Shown piece by piece: positions 57,194-64,000 of a stretch of DNA of 64,000 nt (within the stretch, counting starts at the first letter, position 1; each line of letters starts with the position of its first letter). Made by a program: the position numbers and the translations under genes. The notes beneath the pieces were generated by a model. That model was not told the origin of the DNA. It did no database searches and saw only the letters and a program-made list of their open reading frames with translations. Origin of the DNA: a candidate division TM6 bacterium GW2011_GWE2_36_25 (GTDB lineage: Bacteria > Babelota > Babeliae > Babelales > UBA12409); NCBI GenBank assembly GCA_000991575.1, contig LBRU01000001.1:8462-72461 (forward strand), read 5' to 3'.

Positions 57194-58333
57194 TCAACTG
57201 AATTGATCAGGATTTTCCAAATCAGCTTTTAACATTTTTTTTACCAACCCTTCAAAGGTAGTCTGTGTGCGCCACCCCAATATATTTTGTGCTTTGGAAG
57301 GATCGCCTAAAAGTAATTCTACTTCTGTTGGTCTAAAGTAACGAGCATCTATTTTAACTAATATTCTTCCAGAAGTTTTATCTTTACCTGTTTCACTAAG
57401 ATCTTTGCCACTCCACTCAATATTCATCCCAATTTCTTTAAACGCCAATTCTACAAATTCACGTACGCTATGAGTTTCTCCTGTCGCAATTACATAATCA
57501 TCTGGCTTTTCTTGCTGTAATACAAGCCACATTGCTTCTACATAATCAGGCGCATATCCCCAGTCACGCTTGGCATCCAAATTGCCAAGATACAGTATTT
57601 CTTGTGAGCCCTTGGCAATTCGAGCGACAGCACGCGTAATCTTTCTTGTTACAAATGTACCACCACGACGCTCCGATTCATGATTAAATAGAATTCCGTT
57701 ACATGCAAACATGCCATACGCTTCGCGGTAATTTCTTGTAATCCAATAAGCATATACTTTTGCTGCACCATATGGAGAGCGCGGATAAAGAGGCGTTGTT
57801 TCTTTTTGAGGAATTTCTTGCACCTTTCCGAACATCTCACTCGTTGAAGCTTGATAAAAACGAGAAACTTTTTGCATATCTAAAATTCGAATAGCCTCCA
57901 AAATCCTCAAAGTTCCTAACGCATCACAATTTGCCGTGTATTCTGGTGTCTCAAAAGAGACCAACACGTGGCTTTGCGCACCTAAATTATAAATTTCATC
58001 AGGTCTAATTTGCTGAATTAAACGAACAACGTTTGAAGAATCAGTTAAATCACCGTAATGTAAAAAAAAGTTTTTACACCTTGGATCATGCTGATCACGA
58101 TATAAATGATCAACTCTCCCGGTATTAAATGAAGAAGAACGTCTTTTTACTCCATGAACAATATAATCTTTATTTAAAAGAAGTTCAGCTAAATAAGAAC
58201 CATCTTGACCAGTAACCCCAAAAATCAACGCTATTTTTTGCTTGTTAGATGAAATTAAAGATTCTGCATTTTCATCAGCATTTAATTTTATAAAACAAAA
58301 AACTAACAACGAAAAAAAAAGACTTCTTTTCAT
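57194..58333 (-). CDS. gmd: GDP-mannose 4,6-dehydratase with N-terminal signal-peptide-like leader
   Basis: [43 protein letters not shown] and [18 protein letters not shown] precedes [19 protein letters not shown]. Confidence 0.95.
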   Translation of the reverse strand: MKRSLFFSLLVFCFIKLNADENAESLISSNKQKIALIFGVTGQDGSYLAELLLNKDYIVHGVKRRSSSFNTGRVDHLYRDQHDPRCKNFFLHYGDLTDSSNVVRLIQQIRPDEIYNLGAQSHVLVSFETPEYTANCDALGTLRILEAIRILDMQKVSRFYQASTSEMFGKVQEIPQKETTPLYPRSPYGAAKVYAYWITRNYREAYGMFACNGILFNHESERRGGTFVTRKITRAVARIAKGSQEILYLGNLDAKRDWGYAPDYVEAMWLVLQQEKPDDYVIATGETHSVREFVELAFKEIGMNIEWSGKDLSETGKDKTSGRILVKIDARYFRPTEVELLLGDPSKAQNILGWRTQTTFEGLVKKMLKADLENPDQFS

Positions 58334-58413
58334 ATATACTCCAAAAAAACTCTCTGTTTTTAAAAACTTGCAGCTACAAACTAATCATTAATCAATTAAA
58401 TGTAAAGCTCGTA

Positions 58414-60564
58414 TTAAAAAGTTGCTTCACCCCCACCTTGGCATACCAATCGATCAAGATGCATGGTCAGATGAGCCGTCTGATACAACAACTCAGCATC
58501 AAACAATGATGAATGATCCGGCTTTTTCACTTCATTGAAAAATTTACGCGCTAATACTTCTCGTCCTTTATCCGGAACGCGTACAAGCTCATCAAAACCT
58601 TTTGGTAAACCAAATCCCGTCAGACGCATAAAATCTTCCATTACAATCGTCTTTCCATCGAAATGAAGCTCCATGCGCTCAACGCCATTTTCCCGATGGC
58701 CAATAGAAGTCATTTCTAACGAACAAATAGAACCATCACTCATCTGTAATTGCGCAATAAAATTATCTGAAGTAAAGATATGTTCACGTGTTGGACGAAT
58801 GGTTTCAACTGAAATCGACAATGGCTTCGCATCAGTTAAAAACCCAAAAAGATCTATTATATGTGATGCTTTGTCAACGATATTTCCAAAGCGTGGACGC
58901 ATATCAACGCTATCACAATCGTCCAATGCCCTAAGATTAAGACGATAAGAAATCATTAACGGAGTTCTTCTTTTGTATATCTGCCTTTTTATTTTTTGAA
59001 TAAATGGTGCATGCGAACGATAATATCCTACGCACATACGAGCTTTATTGTTACACTCTAAATAACTTCTCAGACGATTCAACTCTTCTTCACTGAATGC
59101 AAAGGGACGTGCTAAATAAAGCTTTTTTCCGTTTTGAAGAGCTTTTATTATATGCTCAACATGCAACGACTCTTGGGAAGAAATACAAACTACATCCGTT
59201 GATGGATCATCATAAAAAAGTTCAGCGTCACCCGTTAATGCAGTCGCACCAAAATATTGTTTTGATGTATCAATCGCTCGAGATACATCTCGATCAATAA
59301 TGCGATGAATTTTAACACCATGAATATTTCTCACGATAGGTAATAATGACAATCGCGTAGAACGATTAGCTCCAAAAAAAGTAACATTAAGCTCATCGGA
59401 AGGAATTTTATGAGCAGGAACAAACAGTTCTTCTTTAATTTCGGGGCATACATCTTTTTTGGCAACTGACTTACGATATGAAATGATAAAACCAAGCCCC
59501 ATATCCTCTTCAAATTCCTCCGAAACATTCTCAAGTGAAAGCTCTTTTCCAATCAAACTTTCAGTATTGATTTTTCCAGTTTTAATCAAGTGTAAAAAAG
59601 AGACCATATTTCTATTTTCTGTCCAACGAACATAATTGTAAGGATAATCTTTCCCTTGAAATTCATACCCAACATCATAACGACCAGGGCCATATGTCAT
59701 CGAAAAGATAATTTTTATCTCTTTTTGCTGAATAAACTCGTGCTCAAATAAAATAGATTTACTACCAACCAAAATTATTCTTCCCTGCTTGCGCGTAATA
59801 CCAACCATTAAGTTAGCCTCTTGATTGGCAATATATTCGGGAGAAACAATCACACAGTCAACGCCATATTCTTGTGTTACCTGCGCAATATTATCTTGAG
59901 TATTGTCATTGATTTGATAAATAAATTCAGCCCCAGATTTTTGCGCTAACACTAACTTACTTTCCGCGTAGTCAAGAGCAATAACACGCGCACCGGCAAG
60001 ACTTGCCAATTGAGTAATCATCTGTCCCAAACTATCTAGACCCACAACACAAACAAACTCACCAATTGAAATTTTAGCGCGACGAATACTTTGCAGTGCA
60101 ATAGCACCAATACTTGTCAAACTTGCATGCCTAAGTAAATGATCATCAGATACACGCACAACTAATTGTTCGGGGACACAAACAATTTCTGCATGATGAG
60201 CAAATCCAGCACCTGCACAGGCAACAAGATCACCCGCTCGAAACTGTCTTACTTTTTTTCCAACAGCAATAACTTTACCTGAACAAGAATGGCCAATTGG
60301 CAACGTAGACTTAGTACGACGATTCTGAATTACATGCCGAGCATGATCACCACCTTTTTGCATAATTAAATCGAGAAGCTTTTTAATTTTAAGTGGCATA
60401 TTATGAAAAAATTTATTTTTTTGATCAGAAAGAATTTTTGAAAGTTCCTGTCCGGATCCAATAAATGAATAGGAAACATCAACTAAAACCGAATAATCAT
60501 CAAGAAGTGGCTGGCAAACCTCTTTTATTTCTATTGCCCCTTTTTCCAAAAATAGCTGACGCAC
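58414..60564 (-). CDS. Bi-domain oxidoreductase (Zn-ADH-like + Gfo/Idh/MocA), polysaccharide-locus type
   Basis: GDLVACAGAG.A.HAE, YGPGRYD..YE..G.DYP..YVRWTENRN, and a C-terminal Gfo/Idh/MocA-like half; GAGGAG RBS with GTG start. Confidence 0.85.
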   Translation of the reverse strand: MRQLFLEKGAIEIKEVCQPLLDDYSVLVDVSYSFIGSGQELSKILSDQKNKFFHNMPLKIKKLLDLIMQKGGDHARHVIQNRRTKSTLPIGHSCSGKVIAVGKKVRQFRAGDLVACAGAGFAHHAEIVCVPEQLVVRVSDDHLLRHASLTSIGAIALQSIRRAKISIGEFVCVVGLDSLGQMITQLASLAGARVIALDYAESKLVLAQKSGAEFIYQINDNTQDNIAQVTQEYGVDCVIVSPEYIANQEANLMVGITRKQGRIILVGSKSILFEHEFIQQKEIKIIFSMTYGPGRYDVGYEFQGKDYPYNYVRWTENRNMVSFLHLIKTGKINTESLIGKELSLENVSEEFEEDMGLGFIISYRKSVAKKDVCPEIKEELFVPAHKIPSDELNVTFFGANRSTRLSLLPIVRNIHGVKIHRIIDRDVSRAIDTSKQYFGATALTGDAELFYDDPSTDVVCISSQESLHVEHIIKALQNGKKLYLARPFAFSEEELNRLRSYLECNNKARMCVGYYRSHAPFIQKIKRQIYKRRTPLMISYRLNLRALDDCDSVDMRPRFGNIVDKASHIIDLFGFLTDAKPLSISVETIRPTREHIFTSDNFIAQLQMSDGSICSLEMTSIGHRENGVERMELHFDGKTIVMEDFMRLTGFGLPKGFDELVRVPDKGREVLARKFFNEVKKPDHSSLFDAELLYQTAHLTMHLDRLVCQGGGEATF

Positions 60565-60710
60565 ATCATTCTCCTCACACTGCTTAATTTTAAATTACCT
60601 TGTAAATCCCCCTTTTGAATCACTCGTCCCAAGCTTTAAATCTGGATAACCCTCAATAATAATTTTAAGTCTACTTAAACATTAACATGTTTTTAATTTT
60701 CAACAAATTC

Positions 60711-61787
60711 TTACACAAGAAAACTTCTTTGTGTTCTCAATATCTCTACAGCTTTTTTTATCTGTTCAACAGAGCTTTTTTTCGCAACTACAATAACATT
60801 GTCAGTTTCGACCAAACACAAATCATCTACTCCTAAAAAAACAATCTGTTTATTATTTTTTGAAAAAACCAAATTATTGTCAGCATTTAAAGCAATTAAT
60901 TTTTCAGATTTTTCAAACTGATTACGCAATGTCAAAAAAACCGCCAAATTGCCCACATCTGACCATTGAGCATCAAGCAGCACTGCTTTTAAATTTTTAG
61001 ATTTTTCCATAACAGCGAAATCGATTGAAATATTAGGCAATACCTCATACGATGCTTCGCCTGCAAGATACTTTTTTATCCCTTGAATAATCTGCGGCGC
61101 ATATTCTTCAAATTCGCTCAAAAAAACTTTCGCGCGCGCACAAAAATAAGAGCCATTCCAGACCATTGTTCCCATATTGAGATATTCTTGCGCTTTTTCA
61201 AACGATGGTTTTTCATGAAAACTCACCACGCTCATAACTTTATTTGCTACAAATTTTTCGCTCAATTTAATATACCCATAACCAATTGCAGGCCATGTTG
61301 GCTTAATACCAAGCAAAACCATTTCATCATTTTTTGCAGCATAATCTATTGCTAATTTAACTGAGTCTTTAAAATTTTTAACCGGATGAATAAAATGATC
61401 AGCAGCTAAAAAAACCAGAATAGCATTAGGATCTTTTTGCGCTATTTTCATGGCGGCCAAACAAATAGCAGGCCCCGTATTACGCAATGCCGGCTCCACC
61501 AAAATCTGTTCAATCTGATTACCAACTTGCTGCTGAACTAAAGAGACAAAGTCTTTAGTTGTCGCTACGAGCTTATGGCCATTTTCAACTATTCCATCAG
61601 CACGCTCCAGCGCCATCTCGAGAAGTGTTTTTTCTCCATCAATACTCAAAAATTGTTTAGGATATTTCTGACAACTCAGCGGCCACAATCGCTCACCAAC
61701 CCCACCGGCAACAACAATAAAATAAACATTTTCTTTCGCCAACAAATTTACAAAAAATAATATGCTTAATAAAAATTTAATCTTCAT
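60711..61787 (-). CDS. manC: Mannose-1-phosphate guanylyltransferase with signal-peptide-like leader
   Basis: VAGGVGERLWPLS...PKQF, EPALRNTGPAI, ADH, GYGYI, FHEKP, SIDFAVMEK and WSDVG; leader MKIKFLLSILFFVNLLA. Confidence 0.93.
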   Translation of the reverse strand: MKIKFLLSILFFVNLLAKENVYFIVVAGGVGERLWPLSCQKYPKQFLSIDGEKTLLEMALERADGIVENGHKLVATTKDFVSLVQQQVGNQIEQILVEPALRNTGPAICLAAMKIAQKDPNAILVFLAADHFIHPVKNFKDSVKLAIDYAAKNDEMVLLGIKPTWPAIGYGYIKLSEKFVANKVMSVVSFHEKPSFEKAQEYLNMGTMVWNGSYFCARAKVFLSEFEEYAPQIIQGIKKYLAGEASYEVLPNISIDFAVMEKSKNLKAVLLDAQWSDVGNLAVFLTLRNQFEKSEKLIALNADNNLVFSKNNKQIVFLGVDDLCLVETDNVIVVAKKSSVEQIKKAVEILRTQRSFLV

Positions 61788-61796
61788 TATTTTTCC

Positions 61797-63077
61797 CTAT
61801 AAATTGAGTAAAGCCTCTTGATTTTTTTTGCATAAATTAATTGTTTTCTGCTGCCAGCCCAATCCGGCAAAATCAAGCCACTTTTTATCGCTGTATTTTT
61901 CTAAGTCAAGAGTTTTAAACTGATTATGTGCAACAAGAGCAACTATTATATCTGCCTTTTCTATCCCAACTTCAAATGGAACCATCGTTCCAAATTTATG
62001 AGCAATTCTTTCTTGCTCAACATTTGGTTCCGAGATTGATAATGAAATGTTTTTTTGAGCGAAAAGTGCTTCCGCAACTTTAATTGCTGGTGATTCACGT
62101 AAATCATCAACATTGGGTTTATACGTTAAACCAAGCAGGTGAACACGACAAATATTTTTTTCATTATCTACACACCAATCCTGCACTTTTTTCTCAATGT
62201 TTTTTACCACTTGAGCAGGACGCTCATCATTAGTTAGTCGTGCAGACTGAAAAAGTCGCGTCTTATGAGGGAAGGTATTTATTAAAAACCATGGATCAAT
62301 TGCCACACAATGACCCCCAACGCCACATCTTGGTATCAAAATTTTTACACGCGGATGTTTATTTGCAATCGCAACAACTTCATAAGGATCAAACCCTAAT
62401 TCTTCAGCTAAAACCGCAACTTGGTGAGCAAGTGCAACCGCAACATCAATTGCGCTATTTTCAGTCAATTTTAACAATTCGGCAAACTTAGCAGACTTAA
62501 GATGCAATGCTCCCTTAACAAACTTTTGATAAAAAGAAGCCGCCTTTTTAGTGCACGCAGAAGTTACTCCACCAATGATTCGTTCATTGTTAACTAACTC
62601 TTCAAAAACCTTGCTTGGCCACACACGCTCAGGACAATGTGCAACAAAAATATCTTTACCAATTTTTAATCCAGTTTTTTGCTCAAGCATCTGCGCGCAC
62701 AAATCAGTCGTTCCAACAGGAATCGTTGATTCTAAAATAACCGTATCACCAACCTTCAGCCTCTGAACAATTATATTCATCGCTGAAAAAACAAAACTTA
62801 AATCAGCCCCATTCTGCTTACTCAATGGCGTTGGAACCGCAATTATAAAACAATCTGCTTCTGGCAAAATTGTTGTTGCGCTAAAATTTTTACCCTTTAA
62901 AACAAGCTTTAAACGTTCTTTTAATTCTGGCTCAGTCAAGTCAACATTTCCTGTATTAACTCTCCTTACTCTTTCTGTATTAATATCAAACCCCGTTACA
63001 TGATATCCATGCTGCGCCGCAAGAATTGCTGTTGGTAAACCAACATAACCTAAACCAACTACGCAAATCTTTTCCAT
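61797..63077 (-). CDS. wecC: UDP-N-acetyl-D-mannosamine dehydrogenase family (nucleotide-sugar dehydrogenase)
   Basis: GLGYVGLP, IAVPTP, ESTIPVG, HCPER, GVGGHC and YKPNVDDLRESP. ATG at 63077 follows AAGGAG. Confidence 0.85.
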   Translation of the reverse strand: MEKICVVGLGYVGLPTAILAAQHGYHVTGFDINTERVRRVNTGNVDLTEPELKERLKLVLKGKNFSATTILPEADCFIIAVPTPLSKQNGADLSFVFSAMNIIVQRLKVGDTVILESTIPVGTTDLCAQMLEQKTGLKIGKDIFVAHCPERVWPSKVFEELVNNERIIGGVTSACTKKAASFYQKFVKGALHLKSAKFAELLKLTENSAIDVAVALAHQVAVLAEELGFDPYEVVAIANKHPRVKILIPRCGVGGHCVAIDPWFLINTFPHKTRLFQSARLTNDERPAQVVKNIEKKVQDWCVDNEKNICRVHLLGLTYKPNVDDLRESPAIKVAEALFAQKNISLSISEPNVEQERIAHKFGTMVPFEVGIEKADIIVALVAHNQFKTLDLEKYSDKKWLDFAGLGWQQKTINLCKKNQEALLNL

Positions 63078-63146
63078 CTTTAAACTCCTTTGTTGGGAAC
63101 AACTCTTAATAGACAAGAATAAAAAATCTAAGATCTAATACAAGTG

Positions 63147-63998
63147 CTAAATTACAATTGCAGATTGACCATTATTTGGTCTTAAAGAAACAAGCCACTC
63201 AACCGTATTATTGTGAATAATTTTCAAACCTACTGCCTGATATTCCATCGCTTTAACGGGACGCGAAGCCCAACTTATAATATTTTTTTCTCGAAACACG
63301 ATGCCATAGTCAGCCGCAGCTAAAAACTCATAAATTTTTTCATGCGCAACATTCAAAACAACATAAGAATTAATGGGAAGAATCTCTTTTAATTTATTTT
63401 TAAATCGATCAACATCGAAGGTCAAAATTAACAAAAAAGAGTTCTTATTTTTTTTATAAATATCGCTAAAATAATTTATTACCAAATCAGGGCACTGCCA
63501 TGCTTTTACCGCACCAGAAAAACAATAAACTTGAGCCTCCATTGGAATATTCAAATAATTTCTTATTGATAAGCTCCATTGCGCAACGAAAGCCGGTTCA
63601 ATTTTTACCGGAACATCTTTCTCGGCATACGTTAAACACTTGCGATCAGCACCATATGTGTCAACTAAAAAATCTCCTAACGCGTTACTTACTACTTCTA
63701 TCACATAACAATCAAAATTCTGCATCTTATTGTATACAACATGTTCAATATAAAAATATTGGCGCGATCTCCATAAATGAAAATATTTGCGCCAACCATA
63801 AACATGACGATACTCATATTTATACTCTTCTGCCAACAAACCGCGAGCTTGAATCGTTAAGTGAGAACATTTTTGATAATCGAGAGCACGTTGTACGATA
63901 AAGCCAGCAAGCGGTCCTCGCGCGATAATTTCATACGAATCAATTGACCGTAAAAATTTCCTTAATTTTCTGATCTCTGGAAGCAGTGTCCATGACAT
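63147..63998 (-). CDS. GT-B fold glycosyltransferase (GT4-like), 5' end probably beyond the window
   Basis: ARG...EE, FSGAVKAWQ, AADYG..FRE and ASRPVKAMEY.A.GL. Confidence 0.7.
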   Translation of the reverse strand: MSWTLLPEIRKLRKFLRSIDSYEIIARGPLAGFIVQRALDYQKCSHLTIQARGLLAEEYKYEYRHVYGWRKYFHLWRSRQYFYIEHVVYNKMQNFDCYVIEVVSNALGDFLVDTYGADRKCLTYAEKDVPVKIEPAFVAQWSLSIRNYLNIPMEAQVYCFSGAVKAWQCPDLVINYFSDIYKKNKNSFLLILTFDVDRFKNKLKEILPINSYVVLNVAHEKIYEFLAAADYGIVFREKNIISWASRPVKAMEYQAVGLKIIHNNTVEWLVSLRPNNGQSAIVI

Positions 63999-64000
63999 GA

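Noticed and set aside
1-64000. CRISPR array, rRNA/tRNA, prophage or anti-phage defence system
   Set aside because: No regularly spaced repeats, RNA-gene signatures, or integrase, capsid, RT or nuclease motifs were recognised.

Overview
AT-rich bacterial genomic window with no rRNA, tRNA, CRISPR array or transposase recognised. The gene style suggests an intracellular parasite of protists, most likely Candidatus Dependentiae (TM6/Babeliota). This is an inference from the many orphan proteins with short Sec-type leaders and the eukaryote-like motifs, not from a marker gene. Housekeeping genes are leuS, brnQ, a Fsa-type transaldolase, uvrB, rpsA, ndk, nusB, efp and glyA. Two accessory blocks stand out. 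(1) About 7.5-24 kb: minus-strand secreted proteins, namely a basic NLS-like protein, an F-box-like protein, a polyproline+WH2 actin-effector candidate, a beta-barrel-like protein, a 1779-aa coiled coil with internal duplications and two exported M3 peptidases. (2) About 30-64 kb: a large glycosylation cluster in mixed orientation in which about 20 enzymes carry N-terminal signal-peptide-like leaders. These include the normally cytoplasmic GDP-mannose 4,6-dehydratases, mannose-1-phosphate guanylyltransferase and SAM methyltransferases, plus eukaryote-like families (STELLO/DUF288, DUF1647, exostosin-like, GT10, GT11-like). This points to a possibly exported, Golgi-like glycan-building system and is the top finding. 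uvrB carries an in-frame insertion of a nested palindromic repeat, which has a related intergenic copy at about 20.1 kb. All family assignments come from recognising motifs by eye; no searches were run.
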